Numbered from the stretch's first letter, positions 15,637 through 29,687 are shown. The stretch: DNA of 64,000 bases from Chlorokybus atmophyticus (GCA_009103225.1 RHPI01003599.1:186001-250000), one strand, 5' to 3'. The notes: generated by a model not told the origin, from the letters alone. Numbers and translations: made by a program.

Positions 15637-16204
15637 NCTCTCGCGCTCTCGCTCTCTCTCGCTCTCTCGCTCTCGCTCTCTCTCGCGCGCGCGCGCGGGC
15701 GTGCGCTCCCTGTCTCTCTATGTCCGTGTAAACCCCGTAGCATTACACACGTTGCACGCAGTCATTTCCCTCACCGTTCTTTTGTACTCCCAGTGGTCAA
15801 GTGAGTGACTGTGGCGGTGTTGCCATTGCATGTGCACGTAGATTTGCCTGTGCGAGTTCTGCCTTGCAGCTTGGTACCCGAACACACTATTATGCATGAG
15901 CGGGGGGCTTGTAAGTTCTTACATGAGGGCCGCGCCCTTTACCAAGGGCTTCTATACGTGCGGGTAGTTATTGCCTCGTCCAAATGATTGGCTCCAACCA
16001 CTTACAGTCGGAACAATACCTTCAGGTTCAAAAGCTTTGTAAAAGCAGGTGCAACACGGCGTAGCACACAGTGTAAAGAATGCGTACATTCATTGTGAAC
16101 TAGAGTATCACGGCAGAAGAACTCATACGCAATGATGCACGAGGCTGGCTTGAGAGCCTTGCTTATTGAACATGTATGTTGACACTTGTGCTCCAGCTCT
16201 CTGA

Positions 16205-19200
16205 TCAATCATCCCAACCTTGCTGCTCTCCGCTACCTAGCAGTACAAACACAATGGTTCCCAACACCTGAAAGACAGCTGTGGGCACAAAGAGTGCGAG
16301 CGACCACGACTTTGTGCGATCCAGCAGAGACCCTGCCAGCCAGACGCCAATGATGCCTGCGCACAAGTTGCAACATACTGTCAGTGGTTGGCCACTGGTT
16401 GAGATAAGAGTAGAGATAAGAGCTGACAACATCACTCGCTAAGCAATGCCACATCAAAAATGTTACCGGGTAAAGCGCCAGCAGTGTTGGAGATGCCGAG
16501 CAGAACAGAGGCGTACTTGGGAGACAGATCCTGATGGTTGCAGTACAGACCTGCACGGCTCCATGCGCCGAGACCAAAGGCCACTGACAACAGTGTGACG
16601 CAATTCCAAACTGCCAGCGTGCCTGCAAACCAACATGCCATAAGCACACACCAAGCTTGCATGCCACTACACAGGCATACGGTATTGAGCCCCCTCAAAT
16701 TACCTGAAGAAGTCAATGCTGCAAGCGCCAGCATGCAAGCAGCGGGTCCCAAAAGTGCAACGCTTTGCGCCAGCTTGCGCACGTGGGTGACACTGGAAGA
16801 AGTAAGCTGTGTTTATCATAGAGAAGTGCCTTGACACCATAACTGTCACCTGAGCTTGCCGCATTACCTCCAACCTCGCGCCACCAGGGAATCAGCAACT
16901 GGACCAACAAAGGGCGTCATCACAACCTGTAACAGCAACAGTGCTCAGCATTGAACATAGCCAAGTAGTAGAACAGAATGCAGTACACACCATGGCAATG
17001 TAAGGTATAAGGGACAACAGCGATGACTTTGCAATGTCCAGTTTGAGAGCGCCTTGAAAAAATGATGGTAACCATGCCAGCAGCGTGTAGTAACCCCAGT
17101 TGTAGCAGAAATGCGCAGCAATGACGCCCCAAACAGGTGATGAAGCAAAAAACTTGCCCCAGGGAACAGTGAGCTTAGACGGAGCTGGAGGTACGCCCAC
17201 TGCGGCTGTTGCTGTTGCTGCATGCAAAAGGAGCCTCAGTATGCCTCCGGATCATCGTCACAATGTGAACCTCAGATCGAAACAGCATGCGCATTTAAGG
17301 CATGGCCTACCTATGACAGGAGTTGCAGTAGCCTTTTTCTGTTTTGACACGCTGGGCACGGTGTCGGGTTTTAAGATGACCCAACCAATGCACCAGAACA
17401 AGCCTGCAATGCATAACTCACATGAGATTATGCATGCAGAGTTGGCAGCACGAGTGTGCCCAATGGCACACAACGCGGTTGAAATTTGCAGGCGCATATT
17501 CATAGAGCAACACTGACCGATCACAGCGAAGAGCCAGAACACGTAGGGCCAGCCCATGGTTGCAATGACTGCTGGAGCAATGAGCAATCCGACCGCGCTA
17601 CCCAGATCCATGCCACCGAACACCAATGAAACAGCTCTCGCTCTTTCAGAGCTAGGAACCTTACTGGCCATGATTGCTGTTGCGGCCGATGGAGCAACCT
17701 GAAGTGGCAGCCCAGATTTGCACCCAAGCTACATGCTGGGGCAGCTCATGCATGTAGTGTCCATATTAACACCTTACCCCTTCACCAAGGCCGACCAAGA
17801 CACGCGAGGCACAAAGCCCCAACAGGGGGTGATGCCGGGAGTATGCTGCTGAAGGTGCCAATAGTGTGCCGATCGACCACAATGCAACTCCAGCCGCTAA
17901 AACTTTAGAACCACCAAGCTGCGCTGCAACCCAGCCACCGGGCACTTGGGTCACTACATATCCCCTGCCAAATTCGAACCATGTCACAGTCGTATACAAT
18001 CTCGTATAATGCTTGAAGGATATAACACATGCTTGAACAGGGCGGTTGCAATGAATAACAGCTCAAGAACTCAACGCCCTGTGCCCAGGGAGCTATGCTG
18101 CCTTGCGAGAGAACAACAGGCCATCATCAACATCAGCAGTAGGTAGATGATATTGTGCCAAAAGACAATCCAATACTCTTGGCAGGCTATGTGTTGGTTT
18201 AGCCCAATACAACACGGCAGGATGATGCATGCTCTGTAGTAAATGTCACGGCCAGCAACAGAAACAGGACTCACCAGAAAAAGGCCGATCCGACCAACCC
18301 CTTCTGTGACGCATTCCACCCAAACTCTTGTGCCATTGGTATGACCGCCACAGACATGTTCACTTTGTCCATATTGCACAACACAAAGGCTGCCGCCATT
18401 GCTGCCAACAAACATATCAGATTGATTATCAGAGTGACACATATGCGAACACGACCGCGAGCACAGCAGCCATGATTGAGAGCATTGACACTAACAGGAA
18501 CATTAATCACAACACGACTGCAGGACAGCTGAAACAACGACAGCAGTCAACACAAGGAGAACTACAAACTGCAACAGGAAGAAGGCAACCAGTGCCGCAA
18601 GTCCTGCATGACCCACCCAGGCATGAATGCACAGACTGCTTGTGCGTCCATGCATGAGTCCATGAGCGTGAAAAAGTGAGTTTGCTGCAGCGTGCACAGC
18701 TGTACTTGTACAGTGCGCAGTCATGCAACACATGAAGTAGTGCGTCCAACCCAGCTTTGCAAGTGGACTAACCGTTCTGCAGTCTCCTGATTTAGTCAGT
18801 AACCAAAGCACTACAACCAGCACGCACTGCGCTGTGCGCCATTGATCTATGAAGAGTTCACAAATCAGTGGCAGATAGATGTTGCATCAACGGCTATATT
18901 GATTCTAAGTGACCGCATTGATTCTAAGTGACCACACAATAACCGACCCACCATATCTACTCAACCATGCACCTTGATAACTAACAACATGCATTGAGCC
19001 CGTCAATCCATACCTGCTACGATCTGCCACCTCCTTGGCATCCCCCCTGTTGAAGGTGCGACATCAGTTGCTGCGGGAGCAACTGCGCCATTGCCATCCA
19101 CCAACTGTTCTGGAGAATCTGCTGACATACTACTACTGCTGGCGTCCCCTGATAACTAGACATGCATGCAGCAATTAAAAAAGAACTGTGTCAGCTCGTA

Positions 19201-19772
19201 GCAGTCGCATTTAGTTACCAAAATGCTTGCACACCTGCAATGCGCACCTGGTCAGCTGTGCTGTTGGCGGATTCGCTGTGCTGTTGGTTCGCAACGTCAA
19301 TGTCATCAGTACGCAACGAGTGAGTGTAGGTGAAAGCCCCGTCCGGGTGTGCCTCCGCAGCAACATGCCTTCTTCTCAAGCGTCTGTGAATTTGACCTAT
19401 CCTACTGGGTGTTGAGCTAACCGACGGCAGCCGACTGCTGCTTCCAGCAAGCCATTGGGAAGAGAATCGAACTGAGCTGCTGCTGCTGCTGGCGCTGTCT
19501 TTTGTAGCAATGCAGACGGCTGGTATCCGTGCGCCAGACAAGAGCTGGGGCTGCGTTCGCTGCACAAAGCAGTGCAATTCACCATCAGCATGTACTTGCG
19601 TTTCAACATGTCATGCTCTCTATTAGCTGAAGGCATGCCAACAAGCAACACATTGTGACACATCAATTGCTGAGCCACTCCTAGCAGAGCTGCCTGCGGT
19701 CACTGCGAATTCACATACCGCGCAAGCAGCTTGCGTCTGCAGAGCTGCACAAGCCTGCAGGACATTCGCCAT
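16205..19772 (-). CDS. PHT4: Plastid anion/phosphate transporter, MFS SLC17 family, PHT4;5/ANTR6-like
   Basis: Motifs include LCNMDKVNMSVAVIPMAQEFGW, GYVVTQVPGGW, FCYNWGYYTLLAWLPSFF, AGLYCNHQDLSPKYASVLLGISNTAGALPG, and the C-terminus SWSLALFVPTAVFQVLGTIVF. There is a long Ser-rich N-terminal extension. The start codon is approximate. Confidence 0.88.
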
Positions 19773-20075
19773 GCTTGTTTTCTCAAAGGCTGTGAGTGCT
19801 CCAGCAGCTGACGTACGACTGAATGGGGTCCTAGCTTGAAATTCCACATGCAAAGCCAATCACCGCAGAGACAGTCCACTGCTTCACCACAGCTTCTTTG
19901 ATCACCTCAACGCCGACCCCAATGTCATGACGCACTAAATCAAGCTACACCGGCTCGATGTACAGCTCTCCTACACAATGACAGGAAACAAGTAGCCTCC
20001 ACGACCTCGTCCTTAACCACCTCCCCGTCGCCGTGACCGGCAGCGGCAGCGTTAGTAAGGATATACTTGGCCGCA

Positions 20076-20165
20076 TTTAGGGTTTGGGCTTTCCACCCTC
20101 GGATTACCGGTACGGTTGAACAACTCGGATTCCATGTGGATTACACGACCCGGGTTGGTGGGCCA
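20076..20165. promoter_or_regulatory. CpG-rich divergent promoter with telo-box (TAGGGTTT) and site-II-like TGGGCY motifs
   Basis: TAGGGTTT at 20078-20085 is followed directly by TGGGCT, with TGGGCC near 20159. It lies between PHT4 (-) and the RING-WD40 gene (+). Confidence 0.4.
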
Positions 20166-21213
20166 GATTATGAACTTCCGGTTCTGATCGTGTCAAACGG
20201 CACGATCCGGGTCGGCTTCCTATGGGTGAAGCTGGCCGGGCATAAACCGGCGGCGGCGGAGGCGGCGGCAGTGCTGGGGATGTTGTGGTTGTTCGGGAGG
20301 GCGTAGCTAGCATCAGGAAGGCTCTATATATCTAGAGTGTTGTGTCGTCAACTGGACTGCTGAAACAACCGCTCCATCTGATCAAATAACCAGTCACAAC
20401 AATTGGACAGTCAGAGTCAAAGCAGCTGCTGGCCGGTTGGCATATGCTGCAGCCAGGGAAGCTGCGGGAGGGACCAGGCCAATGCTGCCAGCTGGCGGCT
20501 GTTCTAAACATTCGATGGAGCTTTGAATTGTCCCTGTAGCCATTATCAGGTCGGTTGAGCTGTCATGATGGTACAGGTGTTTGTATGCAATCCTGCTTAC
20601 ATCTGGAAGCTGTGGGTGAGCACCAGACCCAACCCTCCAAAGGGCGTGACCACCATGTAGCAAATACAAGGTCGTCGCATTATTCTTCTCCCCACCACAG
20701 CTTGCGCATGGCAGCTGCATTCAGTCATTGCCGATAAGCACCTGTCAGGCCAGCAGTGTATGTGTACTGCGTGCATGCAGCCTCATGAACAACAAGTGCA
20801 TTCAGACCAGTAGGTGCACATCTTCTGTTGTGGATCATGCGAGTAAGGATCACTCTACGTCACACCTATGTGGTCTGATTGGTGTGGCTTGTCAGCTTGT
20901 TACTCTTCGCTTTTGGTTGTGCAGTCTTTCCTCCAATTGCCCATAGCTCACGGCAGCTGTCATGCATTGTTGCATATCTGTGCTGTCATGCGTTTGAGAA
21001 GTTCATGCCGTCATCGGCTAGGTATAGCATAGTGCTCAGCAGGGACAGCAGCAGCTTGCAAGCGTATTTCATAAAATGGAAGCACTATTGAAGCATGCAG
21101 CTGTCGACTGATTGTCACACTCACTCTCATGATGGCGTTTGAGCTCTAGTACTAGGTGTGTACAGCATTGTGGCATTGCTCCACCCTGTGCTCACACAGC
21201 AAGTGTGTTCAGG

Positions 21214-24200
21214 ATGCCCGCGACATGCAAGCTGTGTCGTGAAGTACCAGTCGGGCGGGCTTGCGTAGTGGCACCATGTGGCCATCTGCTGTGCGAGGCC
21301 TGTGCGCTGCCATGGATTGCTGCGCGCGCTGAGCGGTGCCCAGCATGCCGTGCGCCTCTGAATGAACAAGGCTTCATCAGGATATCTGCTCTCAGCGAAA
21401 GCAGTGCACCTCCTACTGATCTCGACAATGGCGCTAATGTGAGTTTGTGCGCTCCACACTGAAGTGGAAGAGCATTTACTGCAGTATTGTGTGCTTTCCT
21501 GTGCTGAACACCAACCCTTGTACAGTCGCCTGGTGCTGAGCGGGTGCCAGTGGAGGTTGGCGAGGACATGCAAGTGAGTGCACAGGGTGTATTGTTGGAT
21601 ATTGCAATGCAGCACCCTCTATGCCGTGGCTGCTTTGATTGCATGCCTGGGCGACATGCAGCGTGTCACCAGGCATGCTGGCGTGCTTCTTTAGTGGCTG
21701 CTGTAGGTGCTGACTTGTGTGTATTTCGCAGGTGCAGAGGTTGCTGGGCTACGTGTCTGAGAGATGGCAGGCTGTCGTTGCTGACAAGTCCCGGATGAAG
21801 GTGTTGCATTGTACACTGACAGCCACGCCAGTAAGCAACACCATCAAGTGCAGTTGCATGTGGATTAAACTTTTATGACTGCAGGTCCGAGTTGTGGAGC
21901 TGGAAAGGGACAATCAGCGGTTAGCTGCGGAGCTGCAGCTTGCCCATTCCGAAAACACGCAGGTACTGATAAAGATACTATGTGGCTGCCCATCACATTT
22001 AGAGGGAACTGCTGTTGCTATTCGGTGTGGAGTCTATTCCTGCTGTACGAGTCACAGTAGCGTTATTCCCTTGCGTTTGTCATTGGTTTAAGCCCACAGT
22101 CTTGGGCTGTTTCCTGCGCAACATGCTACTACTACTACTTGTGTTGGGTGCTATAGTGCGCAGTTGCGCCTTTTGAGCGTAATACAATGCGCAGTATAAT
22201 GACCGTTGGGTGTATGAATGGCCTAGATGTCTTCGTTCTGCCAGATGTTTATTACTGGTATCCTAGTTATAAGACCCGCAACATAGGTCTCATATTGGTT
22301 TCTCAAACAGCTGCTCCAAAAGTTGCGAATTGCCCTTGCAAGCCCAGTTGGCAGCCCTCAGCCACCAACAGGAGCACCGCAATCGACCACCACAAGTGGC
22401 AAGGTAAGGCACAGGTGTCGCAGTAAGCAGAAACTTTGCATATCTCATCAACCTGAGAACGCATTGCCTGCCTCAGTGTCCTGTGGCTCACCTATACTGC
22501 AACTTGTGGAATGCGTTTTGGTAGCATGGCTGCTAATCAAACAATGGTCTTAACTTGTGGCATGAACAGCTGTCCACGTCAAGGCTTGATCGGCAAGATA
22601 GGCCCCCGCGTGCACCCTCACCGCAAGGCTTGAGTGAAGGAGGCGAGTTTCACTCCAACGGCATAACGCACAGTGGAAGCTACGACCGTCTGGCTGCCAA
22701 CGCTGTGGAGCGGTCATCCGCAGGCTCTCCCGACAGGCTGGAAAGGCACTCTTCTTCTTCTCCTTCTTCTCAACAAGCATCTCCGCCCGATTGGGAGCTC
22801 GTGCGCACGTTTGATACGCATGCAGAACCCATCCATGGCATCGCGGTGCACCCTTCCCTTGGCGGCAACCTTGTCGCAACGGCGTCGTGGGATCACACAT
22901 GCAAGGTGGGAGCGACATTGAGTTAGGCTGTTTCTGGCTATGCCACATCCTGATTATATTGATGCTATGTCTAGGTGTACGACCTCAACCAAGATGATGT
23001 CTGCCTGGTTCTTCAAGGGCACTCCATGGGCCTTTATGCAGCGCGCTTTGCATACGGCCATCCCACACTCCTTGGAACTGTGTCTTCTGACCAAACCTGC
23101 AGGCTATGGAGCCTTGATACTGGCGGTTGCATACAGGTTGGTTGCTTTACACCAAGCTATGCTTTGCTATGAGTCTCAACGTTGGTGCTGCCTGCAGGTG
23201 CTGGCTGGGCATCAAGATGAGGTGAACTCCTTATCATTTCACCGGAACGCTTACCACTTGCTGGCCACTGGCTCGGATGACAAAACAGGAGCCATATGGG
23301 ATGCTGAGACTGGCCAAGTTGTTTGCCGTCTGATAGGACACACAGAGCCTGTTTACGGCGTGTGCTTCTCTCCACAGGTGCGTTTCCACACCCAATACTC
23401 TACATGTTATGTGTAACATGTTGCAACTGATGTCGTTCGTTGCTCAGGGATCCATTGTAGCTACCGTGTCATTTGATTGGACTGTGCGCCTGTGGTAAGT
23501 ATTAACGGATGCATGTCGGTTGACAGTTGTGGCTCAATGTGTATGGTGGTATGCATGCAACCGAGGTACATTGACTCTTCTTAGGGATGCCAATACGGGA
23601 GGCTTGGTTCACGTGCTGAAGGGTCAGCACACAGACGATGTCATTGGTGTTGACCTTGATAACAGGTAGTTTGGTGTTGGATTTGATTCAACTATGTGTT
23701 GCAAGCCTACCATGCGAACTAAACTGTTGTGGTACGTAGTGGCCGATGGATGGCAACGGGCAGTGATGATGCTACATGCCGCGTCTGGGACACAAGGCGA
23801 TGGGCAGAGGTGGCAGTGTTGAGGGAGCATGGAGGTGAGGTCAAGCGCGTGGCATTTGCGCCCTCTTCCCAAATGCTCGCCACAACGTCTGGGGACACTT
23901 GTGCACGGCTTTTCGATACGTCCACTTTCAAATGCACACAAGTCCTGAGGTAAGGACTACCGACAGGGTCCATTTTTGCTTGCATACAAGTGCATGCTGA
24001 TGAAAGCCTACAAGCCTATTGCTTGCCTGTAACTTCACAGCATGTTGTCCAGTAACAACATGTACAGACCCTTCTGCGCATCGTGCTGTTTGTGCGATGC
24101 CAATGCGATTGCACGTCAGCTAGCGTATCATCTCAAGGCTCTGAGTTGACACCCGTGTGCTCCTCAGGTCGCATACGGATCATGTGTTTGATGCGGCTTG

Positions 24201-24279
24201 GGGACCGGATTCCAGTTATCTTGTGACGGGCAGTCACGATCGAACATGGAAGCTGTGGCGCCCAAGACACGCGCACTGA
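21214..24279 (+). CDS. RING finger - coiled coil - 7xWD40 protein (putative E3 ligase)
   Basis: RING: CKLCREVP..PCGHLLCEACA..CPACR. Coiled coil: VVELERDNQRLAAELQLAHSENTQLLQKLR. The WD repeats end in ASWDHTCKVYD, SSDQTCRLWS, GSDDKTGAIWD, SFDWTVRLWD, GSDDATCRVWD, SGDTCARLFD and GSHDRTWKLWR, with the stop at 24277-24279. Confidence 0.85.
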
Positions 24280-25316
24280 CAACAAGTATTCCAGTGACTA
24301 CAGGGAGGGTGCTGATGCAAGTTTTGGTAGGATGGCCATACGGTTCAATGTTGTGACGTTGTGGTAATGTACGTATCTGTGTACTGCGTGGAACCATTGC
24401 TTCGTGTAGCAAGTAGGGTTATGTATGTGCGTAGTAGCTACTACTCAATCATTTGTAGAACATTTCGCTGGTTGGTACACGATGACCAACCAACAATGTG
24501 TTTACTTTACTAATAGGTAATCTATACTGGTTGTCTACACATGTTGTGTATTGCTATCTCCATGTGTGTGTTGTGGAGCATTGCAAAGCTGGCTGTGTTA
24601 CAAGCAGCTGTCCCATGTCTTCTGCACTGTGGTACTGCATATGCGCGTGTGCACGTGCACGCCTGTGCGCAAGCTGCTTGTCAACACTTGCATTTAACAT
24701 TGCTACTTGGCAACGCCGCGCCTTGTGTCTGCAGGCAGAGTTCAGCGGTATTTGTGCATAGGAGAGGTGCGTGCATGTGCCGCGCAGCATGAAAGGAGTC
24801 TGATCATGCTTGTGACATGCGCTTGGTATGCATTCAACCAATGACTGCAATTGTCTGACACAAAAGACGTGGTGTGCTGTTTAGGACAACTGGGTGGTGA
24901 TATCCATCTCACTGAAGGCGTCCATGAGAACTGCAACCATATGCATGGGGCTGATGGTCAGCACTTGCCACGTTCATGTTTCAAGTGGAAGATGCACAGC
25001 ATGCACAGGCGCTATCATACAGGTTGCACCAAGGCGGTAAGTCAAAGACACCACTTCCTTTATTGTTTTGTTAAGGAAAAAAAATAATGCTAGTCTCACA
25101 AGCTCTCTACACTGAGATCTGTACCTACGCACGCGTATCATCACTGTGAACTGTGGAGACCCTCCGCTCACACAGCCACATCTATACTATGAACAAATAC
25201 ACTGGTATCTACTGCCTGTCCTGGCAATGTGCCGTTGTCAACTCACCCGGTCTGATGTACATTTCCTCAAGCTGACATGCAGCCGTATCAAAGAATGGTG
25301 ATACAAACAAAATTCC

Positions 25317-28300
25317 TCAAGCTATCTGCGTGACAGAGAGGTTGCTAACGGCCACCTGCGTAACCGTGTTGGCAACCTGGCTGGAGACGGATATGCCCGC
25401 AAGGCGTGTGCCCGACACTGCAAAGGGTGCGGATGAGGTGGCGTACACGGTTCGCCAGACATTGCCATCATCCGAAACCTGAGCCAGCAGGGAGTTCTTG
25501 TTGATGCCGAGGGACAGCCACAGCGGGAGGGCGTTGCCGGTGGCGCGCGTGTAGAGGTGGTTGAGGTCCGTCACGGCGTTGATGGCGACGTCCCCGCGGA
25601 TGATCAGCCCCACCGCTCCCGCCGGCGTGACGTACAGATGCGCCATGGGAGAGTCCCTGGCAACTGTTGCCCTGATCATCACACCCGCCTCGCAGGAGGG
25701 TGCGCTGCCTCCAATCGAAGGCTGAGCCAGACAGGCGATGGCTTGCACCTGAGCCCGCACCCGCATACCCAACCCGCTGCGCGTGTAGTTGTAAGAGAAG
25801 ACCATGCTAAAGGCGTCGAAGCCGCTTATGTTGCTGTCATCCGCAGCGGCGTTGACTCCCGGCCCACCTGCGGTGATGTTGTACAGCGACCGCGTAGAGT
25901 CGTACCACACGCCCCCAGCGTAGTTGCCAACGCTGTTGACAGCAGGCAGGCTGTTGTACAGCCGCATGTTCGCCGGCAGCGATCCAACAGAGTCCGCCAC
26001 GGGGGTCGTGATGGTGAAGAACGCCACCAGCGAGTACGCCTTCACGCCCTCCGGCACGATTATGCTATGCAACTGTGCTCCACCATCACTCCACCCAACA
26101 AACCGGTACTTCACGCCCGCATACACCATCGACTGCACATAGTTGGTGACCAGTCAGTTTGCTGATCGAGCCACAACTTACTGCACAACATGCATCGCAC
26201 AAACACCACTTACCCGTGCTTCAATCGTGACATTGGAGCCAGCCGGCAGCTTCAACTTGAGGACGTCGTAGTTGTTCTTGTCGTCAATGAACATGCGACC
26301 GTGAGGGAAGCCCGAGACCGTGACGGGAACCAGCACGGCGGGGGGAGGTGGCGGAGGAGGTGAGGGAGGTGGAGGAGGTGGTGAAGGAGAAGGTGGAGGA
26401 GGGGGAGGAGAAGGTGACGGTGGAGGTGGAGGAGGTGAAGGAGGAGGAGGAGGTGAGGGCGAGGGTGGAGGCGGGGGAGGTGAAGGAGGAGGGGGAGGAG
26501 ATGGAGAAGGTGGAGGCGGGGGAGGAGAAGGTGNNNNNNNNNNNNNNNNNNNNNNNNNNNNNNNNNNNNNNNNNNNNNNNNNNNNNNNNNNNNNNNNNNN
26601 NNNNNNNNNNNNNNNNNNNNNNNNNNNNNNNNNNNNNNNNNNNNNNNNNNNNNNNNNNNNNNNNNNNNNNNNNNNNNNGAAGGAGGGGGCGGAGGTGGAG
26701 AAGGAGAAGGAGGAGGTGGCGGAGGTGTAGGGGAGGGAGGAGGTGAAGGAGGAGGTGGTGAAGGAGGCGAAGGAGGTGGTGGAGATGAGGGTGGTGGAGG
26801 CGACGGCTTTGGGGGCGGGGGTGACGGCCCAGGGGGCGGAGGTGACGGTGGCGGCGTGGGCGGTGGTGAGGGCGGGGGGGGCGGGCCTGGCAATTGCGGG
26901 CCGAAGTAGAGCACAACCACCTCTGACGGCGGGATGGTGATATTGTACCCGAAGGTGTAACCCGGTAGGTTGATCTGGGCAATATTCTCAGACTTGAATA
27001 CACCCCTAAGCTTGCCGTCTGCCGAGTAGTCGAATGTCTGCCCCGCCCACTGAATCCCGTACTTGTTGTACGCGCTGTTGCACGTCAAACGCTTCAGAGT
27101 CGCCCGACCCCTCGGCTCCTGCAGCACCAGAGTCACTTGCAATTGCTCCCGATCACTCCTCATGGTATCACTTGGCTCCCTGCAGTGTCCAAACCATGAG
27201 TAAAAGGATTTGTTTGCATGTGTCCATGTGTGCATGTGTGTGTCTTGCATAAACTGAGGTAAACTCACTTGTTGATGACGACTATTTTGAAGCGGCTGGT
27301 GTCGGTGTTGTAAATGGCCCAGGCTTCGAGCTGCGGGGTAGCGGATGACATGGGGATGGGGGCGACAGAGGCGAGCGGGCCGAGGATGTCCGCGAGCACG
27401 TAGGCTGCATAGTAGGGCGCCGCAACGGTCCAGATCGGCGCCCCGTTTGTCGGATTGATTCTCCGCACAAACGGCGTGTACGCACCGCTGTTGCTTGTCA
27501 TACATACCATTGAGATACCCATGTTTGCCGCCTGCAGCAGGTAATGCACCTCCGCTATTGTCGCCCTGTATGCAGTTAATGTTAGCTGTCAGTTGTTGGG
27601 ACTTACCCAAAGTACTATACACCGTAAGCACTCCGTATGTGGCATGGGCAACAGAAGCGCTATGAGTATCACAGCATACACTGCAATCTGGTATGTTGTA
27701 ATCTACTGTAGTACCATCTTGTCTGATTTGCACCAGATTGTACGTGTGCGGGTGCATGCATGCATGCGGGTTTACAATGTAATACACAATCACTTACCCA
27801 AAGGTGTCGGAGACATTGCGACGGCCGCCGCAGCTGGCGGTGGCATGTTCGGTGAGGACGATGTTGCGGTTGATCCCGTTGGCGGCGGTCAGGGCGCCGA
27901 CCTGGGTGATGTACTTCTTGAGGAAGCTCGGCTGGCCCGTCACGCTGAGCAGCTTTGGCACATCGAGCGGGGCGTCCGGGTTTGAACACAGCCCGAAGAA
28001 GTAGTGATGGAATGAGAATGCCCTGGAAGGTCCAGTGGGGCCCATAAACCTTGATATGTGCTTCTGCAAACACCAACATCAGCGTCAGAGACAGCGTGTG
28101 TGTGTGTGTGCGCGCGCACGCGTGGGCGTGCATGTGGGTTGCTATCAGCAGTAAACATGCAGCCGCATACAAACATTGCATTGGTGTGCATGCAACCTTG
28201 GTGCAGGATGTGCTTGATGTGCTTGATGGTGGTGATGTGGGACAACGTGTCACACTTACCGACACGTTGACGTTCCAAGGGTGTGAATAGCTGGCGGTGA

Positions 28301-29687
28301 TGACGCCTGATACCCAGATATCGTTGGGAAGTCCCGTGCCCTGGAACTCCTGGTTGTACTGGCTTGTGTAGGTGTTGAACAGCGTGTCGTAGCTGGCCAT
28401 GTTCCAGGGCGTTCCAGGCCACCCCGCCAACGGCGCCGCGGCATACGGGATCTGCGACTCTGTCACATTCAACCGGCCACCCGCAGCCATCAAGGAATCG
28501 GGCTCGTTGATCAGCTCCACACCCGTGATGTTCTCTGCGCCGATGTACTCCACAAGCCTCTGTGAAGGATTGGATCGAAGCTTGAGCTCAAGCACAGGTC
28601 AATGTGTACGTGTGATGATGGAATGAAGCTTGTTTATGCATGCACATACTAGAGTGTACGCGTTATTGTAATGTGATGCACGCTGTATCGGTATCGGCCA
28701 CACATATGCGTTGATGACCACACACGCAAGCACGCGCACCTTAACAAATGTGGCGTTGATGGGGAGTCTGTTGGCGTCTGAGGCGAGGCCAAGTGTGGGG
28801 AGTAGCTTGACGCCTGAGCGGTAAATGAGGGTCTGGAGGACGGCGATGGTGCCGCGGGTGACGCGCTCATAGTCGTCGCTGTCGGTGGCGAAGTCCGCGT
28901 CGTCGTACGTGGTGTCGAACCCCGTGCCCGTGTTGGCACGCAGCACAATGCTGTGGTTGAATGTGTTCAGGTTTTTGAGGAGTTGCACCAGGTATGGGTC
29001 TGTTGCACGCAAAGCACATGGGGATACATGTTAGGGCTATATATAGTTGTTCACGTCCCAAGTGCACAGTTTTCGTTTTCTTTTTGTTACTCTGACGCCT
29101 AAGTAGTGTGCGTTTACCAAATATAGTTGGATGCGCACACATGCACAGTTGAGGAAGCTACGCTGTAAAGTGTATACAACAGCAATGCATGTCAAGCAAC
29201 TTGTTGTATAGCGTTGTGTATAGAGCAGCAGAGTACTCAGGTATCTACAGCAGTTGATACTGAAGCGTAGCAGAAGCTGCGATTTCTGCACTGTACCAAA
29301 CACCATGCAGTGCTGCAGTATGCAAACATCCATAACGTTGTGTACGTATGACTTGTATCAATCGGCCCTGTGCACGGACCTGGGACTTGGACGGCGGAGG
29401 TGTTGGAGCCCAGACCCATCCACTGTTGGAGGTCAGTCCACCCAAGCGAGAAGCAGATGAAGTTGCCGCGCACCACCGGTAGACTCGCGTCTGGATATGC
29501 TTGCACCCCAACCACCGCATCCTGTGTGACACACACATGTTATGGTTATCGTTGTCGTCATGGTTGTTGTTGGCTGCGAAGACCAAGTGCACTGGACACT
29601 CACTTGTGCGTGGGTGGTTGCAAGGGTGCACAGGAGTGTGATGACCGCGAGGATGAGGTAAGTGGTGATTGTTCTTGAGGCCGCCAT
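25317..29687 (-). CDS. Secreted GH79 (beta-glucuronidase/heparanase-like) glycoside hydrolase fused to an extensin-like Ser-Pro linker and a C-terminal ConA/LamG-like beta-sandwich
   Basis: Signal peptide MAASRTITTYLILAVITLLCTLATTHAQ. GH-A clan motifs: GVELINEPD (acid/base), FHHYFF, VLTEHATASCGG..VSDTF (nucleophile region), APYY and KIVVINK. An SP3-5 tract follows. The C-terminal exon has YRFVGWSDGGAQLHSI, EAGVMIR and VSDDGNVW. Confidence 0.75.
26341..26900 (-). repeat. Ser-(Pro)n coding repeat (extensin/HRGP-like) containing a 145-N assembly gap (26534-26678)
   Basis: GGA/GGT/GAA-rich plus strand translating to SPPPP units on the minus strand. Confidence 0.85.
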
